From contig CAVSZB010000007.1 in NCBI GenBank assembly GCA_963732385.1, positions 128,001-192,000 of the forward strand: DNA of 64,000 nucleotides, read 5' to 3'. Under the pieces are notes generated by a model. That model saw only the letters and a list, made by a program, of their open reading frames with translations, was not told the origin of the DNA and ran no database searches. This document shows positions 28,112 to 36,531 of this stretch, in pieces. Position 1 is the stretch's first letter, and every line of letters starts with the position of its first letter. Origin of the DNA: an uncultured bacterium (lineage in GTDB: Bacteria > Krumholzibacteriota > Krumholzibacteriia > LZORAL124-64-63). The position numbers and the translations under genes are program-made.

Positions 28112-30415
28112 TCAGCCTCCCAGATCGGCGAGCCGGCGGCGCAGTTGCGGATCGGCCGGGCTCAGCGCGACCGCCCTGGCCAGCGCTGTCCGGGCCCCCG
28201 CCCGGTCGCCCAGGCGCAGGCGCGCCTCGCCGAGGTTTGCCCACGCTTCCACGCGGCGGGGAGCCCGCCGCGCGACGATGCCGAACTGGGCGGCGGCCCC
28301 CGCCACGTCCCCCTCCTGGAAGAGACAGACGCCGAGGCTCAGACGCGTGTCGAGCAGGCGGCTGTTGGCCGCGACGGCGGCGGCGAAGCGCGCGCGCGCG
28401 CCGGCGATGTCGCCGCGCGCCAGGAGCTGGTTGCCGGAGTTGTGCAACAGGATCGGGTGGTCGGGGCGCGCGACCAGGCCGCGCCGGTACACCGTTTCAG
28501 CTTCCGTATCCAGGCCGCCCAGGCGCAGCAGATCCCCGAGTGCCAGACAGCGATCCGCCGCGCGGGCTCCACCTCCGGAGGTTGGCAAATCCGCCAGCAG
28601 GTGCTGCATCGCGGCACGCAGCACGGGGCCGGGATCGGGCGACAGCTGGTCGGGCGGCAGACCGGTCGGCGCGGTGTTTGGTGAGGGCAGGAAGAGGACT
28701 CCCGCCTCGTCTGCGTCGGCCAGATGCCAGCGCGGACTCGCCAGCAACGTTGTGATGAGGCGATCGGTGGTGCGCGTGGCGTGCGCCAGAACCACGGCGT
28801 CCGCACGCCGCCGCGCCAGCAGCGCGAGCGCGCCGCTGCCCCCCGCCCTGAGGCTCGCGTACTCGCGCCAGACCTCGGGGGGGTAGACCTCGGTGCGTCC
28901 GTCGATGAACACCAGGCCGGCGCGGGTCTGGATGAGCGTGGAGGCGGCGTCGATGTTGTTGACCACTCGGGGCGTGGCGCCCGGGGAGGCGGTGCGCAGC
29001 GCCGCGGCAGCGGCAAACGGGAACTGGGCCGGGGCCAGTCCCGCGCCGAAGCGTCGGGTAACCCCCTCGCGCAGATAGAAGCCGTCGTCGCGGATCGCCG
29101 GGATCCAGGCGACGCAGACCACGGCCGCGGCGGCGAGCGACACGGCCGGCAGCGCGCGCGCGGTCCGTGCTCCGAACGACGCCGGGAGGCGCAGTCGGAA
29201 CGCGGCGAGTCGCCGGGTCCAGAGCAGTGGCCGGTCCGGATCGTACCCGCCGTGCGCGAGCATGAAAGCCACCGCGCAGAAACCTAGGTTGCGCTGCGCC
29301 CAGACGGTGGCGCCGAAACCGGCCGCCAGCAGCGCCAGGCGCAGCGGCGGCACGCGCCCCGCCGTGCCGACGGCCCAGAGCACGGCCCATACGAGACAGA
29401 TCCGGAAGATCAGCACCGTAACGCCGAGCCCGTTCTGCATGCTCAGCAGCGGCGACATTTCGGCGATCGTCTGCCGCAGATCGGGACCGCCGCCGAGCTG
29501 GCCCAGTGCCCGCAGGGGATAGAGCAGGCCCGCGGGGCCGTGCGGTGTCAGCGCGCCGGCCAGCAGCGTGATCAAGGCCGGTCCCAGAAATCCGAGCGGA
29601 GTGGAGAAGGCGGCGGGCCGCGGCGCCGGAACGCGCGCGGGGCGCGGCGCGAGCCGGCGCTCCAGCGGCCACAGCAGTGCGGCGAGCAGCCAGAGGGCCG
29701 GCACGAGAATCCAGAAACCGTGCCACTGCGCCCAGACCAGGGCCAGCCAGAACGTCCGGCCCGCGGGGGCGCGGGGCGAGAGGAGCGGCCGCCAGCGCTG
29801 CCAGGCGCGCGTGCGGGGCGGGGGAGCGCCACCGGCATCGCTGGTGCCGGCGTCACCGGCCCGGCCGATCCAATGCACAGCGAGCGCGAAGGCGATCAGG
29901 GATGGTAGTTCCGGTCGCAGCACCAGACGCGGCCAGGCGAGCGCCAGCATGCCGGTCAGCGGCAGGGCCACGGCCGCGGCGCGCCCGGGACTCGGCAGAC
30001 GATTGCGGGGGCGGGATCCGGCGCCATCCAGCCAGAGCACGATCACCAGGGCGGCGGCGAGCACCTGGCAGGCAAGACTCCACGGGGCGGCGCGCGAGGC
30101 GCCGTGCCGGCCGGCGGCCGTCAGCGCTACCCCGATCTGGAACAGCCACTCGTGATCGGTCCAGCGGTAGTCAGGCGCGGTAAAACTGTATGTGTTGTGC
30201 GTTGCGAGCGCGTGCTCGCGCAGGAGGTCGGTGCCGGCCCGGTCGTGGAGCCAGAGATCGAGATCGCTGAGCGTGTGGCGGGTCAGTGTCTGCGCGAGCG
30301 CCAGGGGCACAAGGAGTGAGAGCCCGAGTGCCAGCGCGAGCGCGAACTGGCGCCTCTTCCCCTTCTGCGCGCCCTGCCCGGCGCGGGGCGGGGGTGTGCC
30401 GATCCCCAACGCCAT
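28112..30415 (-). CDS. Polytopic membrane protein (GT-C glycosyltransferase-like) with C-terminal TPRs
   Basis: DLDLWLH...YSFTAP..WTDHEWLFQ loop after TM1, LRPE, WAQWHG, IAEMSP, FIDGRTEVY, then 4-5 TPRs. Confidence 0.75.
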   Translation of the reverse strand: MALGIGTPPPRAGQGAQKGKRRQFALALALGLSLLVPLALAQTLTRHTLSDLDLWLHDRAGTDLLREHALATHNTYSFTAPDYRWTDHEWLFQIGVALTAAGRHGASRAAPWSLACQVLAAALVIVLWLDGAGSRPRNRLPSPGRAAAVALPLTGMLALAWPRLVLRPELPSLIAFALAVHWIGRAGDAGTSDAGGAPPPRTRAWQRWRPLLSPRAPAGRTFWLALVWAQWHGFWILVPALWLLAALLWPLERRLAPRPARVPAPRPAAFSTPLGFLGPALITLLAGALTPHGPAGLLYPLRALGQLGGGPDLRQTIAEMSPLLSMQNGLGVTVLIFRICLVWAVLWAVGTAGRVPPLRLALLAAGFGATVWAQRNLGFCAVAFMLAHGGYDPDRPLLWTRRLAAFRLRLPASFGARTARALPAVSLAAAAVVCVAWIPAIRDDGFYLREGVTRRFGAGLAPAQFPFAAAAALRTASPGATPRVVNNIDAASTLIQTRAGLVFIDGRTEVYPPEVWREYASLRAGGSGALALLARRRADAVVLAHATRTTDRLITTLLASPRWHLADADEAGVLFLPSPNTAPTGLPPDQLSPDPGPVLRAAMQHLLADLPTSGGGARAADRCLALGDLLRLGGLDTEAETVYRRGLVARPDHPILLHNSGNQLLARGDIAGARARFAAAVAANSRLLDTRLSLGVCLFQEGDVAGAAAQFGIVARRAPRRVEAWANLGEARLRLGDRAGARTALARAVALSPADPQLRRRLADLGG

Positions 30416-30541
30416 CGCGGTTCTCCGTCCTCCCTGGACACGATTCTGGTTTGCTGCGGCCGGGGATACGTTAGACGCCGGATCGGACGCGGTCCAACCT
30501 GAGTTTGGGTCGCCAGGCCCCCCTTTGGCCACTCTGGCCCC

Positions 30542-30718
30542 TTGACAATCTGGAACCTGTGCCGGGATGACTTTTGACAATATGTCAATCGGAGGGATCG
30601 GCAACGCCGGAATCGTTTCGCTGTCTCCGGCATGGCATTCTCAATTTACTGCAAGGCAACGAGTTATAAATCAAGAAAGCGGAGTGTGTCTTGCGGAATT
30701 GGTGGTACGGGACTTGTA
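30542..30718 (+). promoter_or_regulatory. Candidate sigma-54 promoter architecture (UAS palindrome, IHF-like site, -24/-12) upstream of the sigma factor gene
   Basis: TTGACA-ata-TGTCAA palindrome at 30574-30588 plus TTGACAAT at 30542; ggCAAcgagTTA at 30655-30666; TGGTACGGGACTTGTA at 30703-30718 (-12 is GT rather than GC). Confidence 0.45.
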
Positions 30719-30788
30719 AGGGACGGGGCATACACACGCAGATAATCGGCGCCTCGCCCGCCCACCGGCGCTTTCCTAGGAGACCCAG

Positions 30789-31685
30789 ATGCGCAAGGCC
30801 CCCGCCACCAAGAGCCAGCCGAAGGCGCGCCGCGAGGCGGCCCGCCTGATGACGAACCTCGACCTCTACTTCCAGGAGGTCAAGGCGTACCCGCTGCTCA
30901 ACCGCAATCAGGAGTGCGAACTGGCGCGCGGCATCCGCGCGAACGACCAGAAGGCGCTGCACACGCTCGTCAAGTCGAACCTGCGCTTCGTGGTCAGCAT
31001 CGCCAAGGAGTACGCGCACTACGGCGTGCCGCTGGAAGATCTCATCAACGAAGGCAACCTCGGTCTGTTGAAGGCGGCGCAGCGCTTCGACGAAACGCGT
31101 GGTTACAAGTTCATCTCCTACGCCGTCTGGTGGATCCGGCAGTCGATTCTCGCGGCTCTGGCGAACCAGTCGAAGATCGTGCGGATGCCGCTCAACCGCG
31201 CGCGCGTGCTGAACCAGATCAAGAAGATCTCGAGCGAACTGCAGCAGACGCTGCGGCGCAAGCCGACTCCGGAGGAGATCGCTCTCCAGCTGGGGCTGTC
31301 GCTCGATGAGGTGAAGGACACCCTGCCGCTGATGCAGGACAATTTCTTCCTCGACGATTACGTCGGCAACGACGAGGACTCCACCTACCTCGATTTCCTC
31401 GAGGACACGCACAGCCACGGGCCCGACAGCGGCATCCTGGAGGAGGACCTCCACTCGAGCATCCGGCGCATGCTGACCGACCTCAAGGATCGCGAGGCGA
31501 CGGTGCTGAAGCTGTACTACGGTCTCGGCACCGATCACGAGATGACGCTCGAGGAGATCGGCCAGATCATGGGGCTGACCCGCGAGCGCATCCGGCAGAT
31601 CAAGGAGGAGGCCTTCGACAAGATCCGCACGTCGAAGACCTTCCGGTACATGCAGGACTACGCCGATATGCAGCAGATGTCGTAA
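30789..31685 (+). CDS. RpoD/RpoS-family sigma-70 factor lacking region 1.1
   Basis: LDLYFQEV (1.2), NLRFVVSIAK, DLINEGNLGL, GYKFISYAVWWIRQ, MTLEEIG...TRERIRQI. Confidence 0.95.
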   Translation: MRKAPATKSQPKARREAARLMTNLDLYFQEVKAYPLLNRNQECELARGIRANDQKALHTLVKSNLRFVVSIAKEYAHYGVPLEDLINEGNLGLLKAAQRFDETRGYKFISYAVWWIRQSILAALANQSKIVRMPLNRARVLNQIKKISSELQQTLRRKPTPEEIALQLGLSLDEVKDTLPLMQDNFFLDDYVGNDEDSTYLDFLEDTHSHGPDSGILEEDLHSSIRRMLTDLKDREATVLKLYYGLGTDHEMTLEEIGQIMGLTRERIRQIKEEAFDKIRTSKTFRYMQDYADMQQMS

Positions 31686-31710
31686 CTGCGCACGAACGGC
31701 ACGAAGACTG

Positions 31711-31741
31711 GGCCCCGGCGCCGGCGCCGGGGCCTTTTTTT
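31711..31741 (+). terminator. Intrinsic terminator of the sigma factor gene
   Basis: Perfect 24-nt palindrome GGCCCCGGCGCCGGCGCCGGGGCC followed by T7. Confidence 0.88.
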
Positions 31742-31871
31742 CGGTGGTGCGCCCGTCATGGGCGCCGACCTGGCGCTGAAGCACGAGAATTTCGCCGCCG
31801 CACGATCATCTGGGCTCTCGGCGCGAGCGACCCCGCGGAGACGTTCCAGATCGAGTTGCATTCCACCACAT

Positions 31872-31905
31872 GAAGCGCCACACATCACGAAGCGCCACAC
31901 TTCAC
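31872..31905. repeat. Tandem 17-bp duplication
   Basis: GAAGCGCCACACATCAC / GAAGCGCCACACTTCAC, just past the HNH stop codon. Confidence 0.7.
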
Positions 31906-31911
31906 AGGATG

Positions 31912-33054
31912 TCAGCCCGCTCCGACTTGCGCCGGGGCAAGTGCCGCCACAAGTGCAGGTGCCGGTGCAGGCGCCTGGGCAAGTGCTGGCGCAAGTGCCT
32001 GCGCAAGCGCCGCCGCAAATGCCCCGCCGCCTTCATGCACGAATCGATGACACCGGCTGCACAACGTGATCAGGTTTTCCGCCCGGTTCGAGCCCCCCTG
32101 GTCGCGCGGCATCACATGATGGACCTCGAGAAAATGCGCCGATCGACATCCCGGCGTTGCGCAGCGGTGCCGATCGCGCGCGAGCACGGCGGCACGCACG
32201 GACGGCGGGATGGTCGCGCGGTTCGGTTTGCCAGGCCGTTGCACGCGCGCGTCGCAGGTCAGCGCTTCCAGTTGCGCCGGCGCAAGTCGCCTCTCGCCGC
32301 GGCTGGTCGTGACCGCGGCGCGTCCACAATCGGAACATTGCCGGACGACGATCTGGGCCGCCGGCCCGGTCGGCCGCGTGTGTCCGTCCGTGGCGGAGGC
32401 GATGACAGCCTCGAGTCCGGCCAGCACCAGGTCGAGCCTGTCGGCGCCGGCCTGCACCAGGCCCAGCTTGTGCGCCTTCTCGACCAGCGCCTCGAATCGC
32501 GCCAGCCGGACGCCATCGGCCCGCAGGCTGATGGTGGTCGGCGGGTCGGCGACCGGTTGCACGGGGGCGCTGAAGACCGGTTGCGCGGCAGTGCCGAAGT
32601 CCAACTGCGCCACGGACGCTGCCGACGCCGCGGGTCGGCGTTTCCGCGCCTGTCGCACCTGAAATTCGAGTTCGCGCCGGCCGGTCTTGGCCGCCTTCGC
32701 GACCCACGCGGTCTGGGTCGCCGCGGTCGCGACGCGGGCGACCTGCAGGGCCTTGGTCCAGCCGATCTCGCCCGTCTCGACCGCCTCGCGCAGGACCGGC
32801 AACCGGTCCAGGTCGGCGGCGAGTCGTTTGAACAGGTAGTAGCGGTTGTCGGTGAATCCCAGCGCCTGGGTGGCGTACAGCTGGAGGCTGGCGTGGCCGA
32901 GCTGGCGGTACAGGCCGCGGCGCTGCACCTCGGCGAACCAGAGCACGGCACACTTTTGGGCCTGGTCGCAGGCGCCCAGAGCCTGGCGCAACGCGTCATC
33001 GACCTGTGCGGCGGGCAGGCCAGAGGCGAAATCGGGAAGGGCTAAGCTGGCCAT
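31912..33054 (-). CDS. HNH endonuclease with DUF222-like helical N-terminus
   Basis: LPVLREAVETGEIGWTKALQVARVAT; CSDC; IPPSVRAAVLARDRHRCATPGC..LEVHH...GGSN..NLITLCSRCH. Confidence 0.88.
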   Translation of the reverse strand: MASLALPDFASGLPAAQVDDALRQALGACDQAQKCAVLWFAEVQRRGLYRQLGHASLQLYATQALGFTDNRYYLFKRLAADLDRLPVLREAVETGEIGWTKALQVARVATAATQTAWVAKAAKTGRRELEFQVRQARKRRPAASAASVAQLDFGTAAQPVFSAPVQPVADPPTTISLRADGVRLARFEALVEKAHKLGLVQAGADRLDLVLAGLEAVIASATDGHTRPTGPAAQIVVRQCSDCGRAAVTTSRGERRLAPAQLEALTCDARVQRPGKPNRATIPPSVRAAVLARDRHRCATPGCRSAHFLEVHHVMPRDQGGSNRAENLITLCSRCHRFVHEGGGAFAAALAQALAPALAQAPAPAPALVAALAPAQVGAG

Positions 33055-33571
33055 CAGAGCTCGCTATTCCGGGAGGAGGGCGGGGGGAAAGCCTATGGCG
33101 AAAATATAGCGAAAACAATCAGCAAACGCAAGTAAAATATAAACATATGACGATGGATGTAAGCCGGTTTCAGGGCAGTCCACAAGGGGTCTGCCAGCCG
33201 CGAGTAGTCGGGCGCGGGCCCGGCGGATCCGGCTGCGGATGTCCTGACGGTTGGCCGACCGCAGCCGGACCGTCATGACCGTTCGGGCCATGGCATCCTG
33301 AAACCTAGCGAGCCGAATGTGGTGGACCGAGACCGGCCTCCGCCGCAGGCGCTGCATTCGTTTGGCACGCGCAGGCACGGCCTCGTCCGCCAAAGTCGAT
33401 AGTCGCCGTCCTTATTAGCGAAGGCCCACCATCATGCGCTTGAGTTGTGCTTAAATCACCGCCTCACCAGTCCGGTTCATCCTGAACGGCGCCCCGGACC
33501 GGAGTTGCCTCTGGGCCGACGGGGAATCGGGGAAAGACAAGCGGACGGTCCCGCTTCAATCGGAGACTCAC

Positions 33572-34780
33572 ATGCGAAGTTCACGAACGTTCCTGCTGAT
33601 CGCCGCCGCCCTGCTGCTGGCCGGCGCAGCAGCCCGGGCGCGCGTCAGCCACGGCTACTCGGGGATCCTCTCCATCACCTACGATCTCGAGACCGTAGGC
33701 GACATCGCGGTGACGGTGAGCCTGTTCCTGTCGACGGACTCGGGCGCGACCTACCCGAATCTTTGCCGGACCGTGACCGGAAACGTCGGCGCCGGCGTCC
33801 TGCCGGGCATCTCCCGCCACATGGTCTGGAACGCGGGCACGGACTTTCCCGGTTTCAGCAGCACGACCTGCCGGCTGCGGGTGACCGCCGACGATGCCAC
33901 GAACATGAGTGACTTCGTTTACATCGCCCCCGGCACCTTCATCATGGGAAGTCCGACGACCGAGCTGGAACGCTATAGCGACGAGACGCAGCATCAGGTG
34001 ACGTTGACTCACGGCATCTACGTGCAGGCCACCGAGGTGACGAACCAGCAGTACCGGGATATGGCGCAGTGGGCGTACGATCATGAGTATGTTATTGTGG
34101 AAAATTACAACCTGCGCGACAACCTGGACGGTTCCAACCAGATCTTGAAATCTCTGTGCGAAGAACTCGACCGCGAAGAACTCGCATTCGGCGCCGGCGT
34201 CTTCTATTGCTTCAACCCGACCCACCCGGTCAAATATGTGACCTGGTACGGGTCGGTGGCGTACTGCGACTGGCTGAGCCTGCAGCAGGGCCTGCCGCGG
34301 GCGTACAACCACAGCACGTGGCAGTGCAACGGGGGGAATCCGTACACGGCAACGGGTTACCGCCTGCCGACGGAAGCGGAGTGGGAGTACGCGTGTCGGG
34401 CGGGGACGCAGACCCCATTCAACACGGGGTCCTGCCTGGATGCGGGTACCGATGCGAACTACAACGGTTCTTATCCCTACTCCGGGTGCCCAATCGGGCT
34501 GTACGTCGGCTGGACGGTGCCGGTGAGAACCTACCCTGCGAACGCCTTCGGTCTGTACGACATGCACGGCAACATGTGGGAGTGGTGCAACGACTGGTAC
34601 GGCACGTATGGAGGAATTGTGACGGATCCGACCGGGCCGGCGGTGGGCTCCAACCGGCTGTCCCGCGGTGGCTTCTTTTTCGGCATCGCGGAGAACTGCC
34701 GCTCAGCCTTCCGGTCCTGCCTCAACCCGGACGGCGTGTTTCCCGTCAACGGGTTCCGTTCTGTGAGGTCGGCCAACTGA
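33572..34780 (+). CDS. Exported FGE-sulfatase (SUMF1, C-type-lectin fold) domain protein; candidate DGR target
   Basis: Signal peptide, Ig-like N-domain, GTFIMGS, TEVTN, HPV..VTW, YRLPTEAEWEYACRAG, NAFGLYDMHGNMWEWC, RGG...CRSA.R....P......GFR. Confidence 0.92.
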   Translation: MRSSRTFLLIAAALLLAGAAARARVSHGYSGILSITYDLETVGDIAVTVSLFLSTDSGATYPNLCRTVTGNVGAGVLPGISRHMVWNAGTDFPGFSSTTCRLRVTADDATNMSDFVYIAPGTFIMGSPTTELERYSDETQHQVTLTHGIYVQATEVTNQQYRDMAQWAYDHEYVIVENYNLRDNLDGSNQILKSLCEELDREELAFGAGVFYCFNPTHPVKYVTWYGSVAYCDWLSLQQGLPRAYNHSTWQCNGGNPYTATGYRLPTEAEWEYACRAGTQTPFNTGSCLDAGTDANYNGSYPYSGCPIGLYVGWTVPVRTYPANAFGLYDMHGNMWEWCNDWYGTYGGIVTDPTGPAVGSNRLSRGGFFFGIAENCRSAFRSCLNPDGVFPVNGFRSVRSAN

Positions 34781-34852
34781 GGCCGCGTTGCGGCATCAGA
34801 TCTCTTTCCACTTGGTCGCTTGGCCCGAGGTAATACTCGGCGCCCCAATCCC

Positions 34853-35506
34853 CTATCCCGATTCCTCCCCGCCCGTCGCGCATTCCAGGGCCACGGTTCC
34901 GGCCGTGGCCTCCGCAAGGACGGTGGCAAACGCGTTGCGCGTCGCGTTCGGCAGCCACACCTGCCAATCCACCTGCGGGCCGTACTCACGCCAGACCACG
35001 CGTCCGTCGTGTTGCTCCAGCAGGTGAGCGATGGTCTTCTCGAGCGCATAGGCGAAGCGCAGGCGGTGCTCGGCGCCGGGAACCACCAGACGGCGCGGCG
35101 CCGCGGCGAGTGCGGCGGCTGCCGCCGCGCCGTAGGCGCGGCTCAGGCCGCCGGTGCCGAGTTTCACACCGCCGAACCAGCGGGCGACCACCACGATGGC
35201 CTCCGCGAGCCCCGCGTGACGCAGGGCGGCCAGGATCGGTTCACCGGCCGTGCCGGCCGGTTCTCCGGCGTCGCTGCGCAGCTCGCGCCCGCCGGAGCCG
35301 GGTCCGCCCCGCCAGGCGAAACAGATGTGACGCGCGTCATGGTGGCGGCGCGCCAGTTCGGCCACGAGCAGGCGGGCGCCCGCCTCGTCGGCTACCGGCG
35401 CGGCCAGCGCCAGGAATCGCGAGCGTTCGACGCGGATCTCTGCCTCGCCCTGCCCCGCCAGGGTCTCGTATCCGGTGTTCTGCGCGTGCCGGGCTGCGTC
35501 GTCCAT
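34853..35506 (-). CDS. yigZ: YigZ/IMPACT family protein
   Basis: RSRFLA, HHDARHICFAW, SDAGEPAGTAG.PIL, VVARWFGGVKLGTGGLSRAY. Confidence 0.92.
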   Translation of the reverse strand: MDDAARHAQNTGYETLAGQGEAEIRVERSRFLALAAPVADEAGARLLVAELARRHHDARHICFAWRGGPGSGGRELRSDAGEPAGTAGEPILAALRHAGLAEAIVVVARWFGGVKLGTGGLSRAYGAAAAAALAAAPRRLVVPGAEHRLRFAYALEKTIAHLLEQHDGRVVWREYGPQVDWQVWLPNATRNAFATVLAEATAGTVALECATGGEESG

Positions 35507-35632
35507 GTTTCTCCACCGGGATGATCGCCGCCTGTCCGTTCCGGCCATCGGTCGGGAATCATGTCATCCGGCGACCGGGATCCGGCCGCCTGACGGGCCG
35601 CTCCATCGTGTGTACAGCCCAGAAGATGATAT

Positions 35633-35673
35633 GGCAACGGGTTATGATGTGTTTCGATGGCACCGGGATTGCT
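35633..35673 (+). promoter_or_regulatory. Sigma-54 promoter with IHF-like site
   Basis: Consensus TGGCAC-N5-TTGCT at 35658-35673; ggCAAcgggTTA at 35633-35644. Confidence 0.72.
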
Positions 35674-35702
35674 TGCCCCAGGCGATAGCCCACGGAGGAT
35701 CC

Positions 35703-36338
35703 ATGGCTGAAGACTTCCGGAACTGGAAAAGCGCGTGGGCGCCGCGGCTCGTCGGAGCGCTCTGGGGCGCGCTGCTGCTGGGCGTGGCCGCCGCAGCGGC
35801 CGGGGCGAGCCCCGAACCCCGCTCCGCGCTGCGCCGCCCCGATACCCCGGGTGCCGTGTTCGTGGCGGGGCACCTGTCGGTCGGCGGCACTCTCGATCAA
35901 GATTTTCTACGCCCCGGCGGGGGCGCCAGCCTCATCTTCCGGCCCAACGCCGCGGCCGATCTTTTCAGCCCGCTCTACGACTGGAACACCGCGCTGGTGC
36001 TGCAGGGGGACTGGCGCTCGATCTCGCGCGATCGCCGTCTGTTCGGCATCGCCATGCTGCTGCGGCGCTACGTGCGGGACCGTCGGCTGGAGGTGGCCGG
36101 CTCGTCGCCGTTTTTCGGCATTGGCCTGGGAGGGGCCGAGGGGACGATTCCCAGCGCCGATCCCGCCGCCGCCGGGGTGCGGTCCTGGATCTGGCTTGGC
36201 GAAGTGGGCTGGGAGTCGAGCCCCGACGCGTCGAGTCTCTTCTTCTCCCGTTTCCAGTGGCACATCTGGCAGCGCGGCGACCTCGATTACTCCGGGTGGT
36301 CGTTGCAGCTCGGTGCTGGCGTGCCGATCCCCTGGTAG
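35703..36338 (+). CDS. Putative small outer-membrane beta-barrel protein
   Basis: Signal peptide; alternating amphipathic strands (PFFGIGLG, WLGEVGWE, WSLQLGAGVPIPW with terminal aromatic); GGAGG RBS. Confidence 0.65.
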   Translation: MAEDFRNWKSAWAPRLVGALWGALLLGVAAAAAGASPEPRSALRRPDTPGAVFVAGHLSVGGTLDQDFLRPGGGASLIFRPNAAADLFSPLYDWNTALVLQGDWRSISRDRRLFGIAMLLRRYVRDRRLEVAGSSPFFGIGLGGAEGTIPSADPAAAGVRSWIWLGEVGWESSPDASSLFFSRFQWHIWQRGDLDYSGWSLQLGAGVPIPW

Positions 36339-36531
36339 CCGCCGCGACCCGGCGGTCGGGCGTCTGACCGCCCCTGATCGCCGCCGCTCCCGGGCGGTTC
36401 CCTGCCCTGCCGGGCCCAGGAAAAGCGGAGCGAATTATCGCAACCGCGTGTTAGACTGTCGGTGCGCCACGGGGCCTCTGAATCCGTGCCAACCGCCCGG
36501 CGCATGCCGGGACTTCCGCCCGGAGGAAACA

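Noticed and set aside
30789..31685. The in-window sigma factor as the reader of the sigma-28-like motif
   Set aside because: Regions 2.4 and 4.2 (YAVWWIRQ, TRERIRQI) are RpoD/RpoS-type, not FliA/WhiG-type.
31872..32025. Short repeats as a possible CRISPR array
   Set aside because: Units are 12-17 nt, tandem, without unique spacers and partly coding; no cas genes are present.
33055..33571. Possible DGR template repeat or RT next to the FGE gene
   Set aside because: No AAC-rich copy of the variable region and no RT motifs were seen here or elsewhere in the window.
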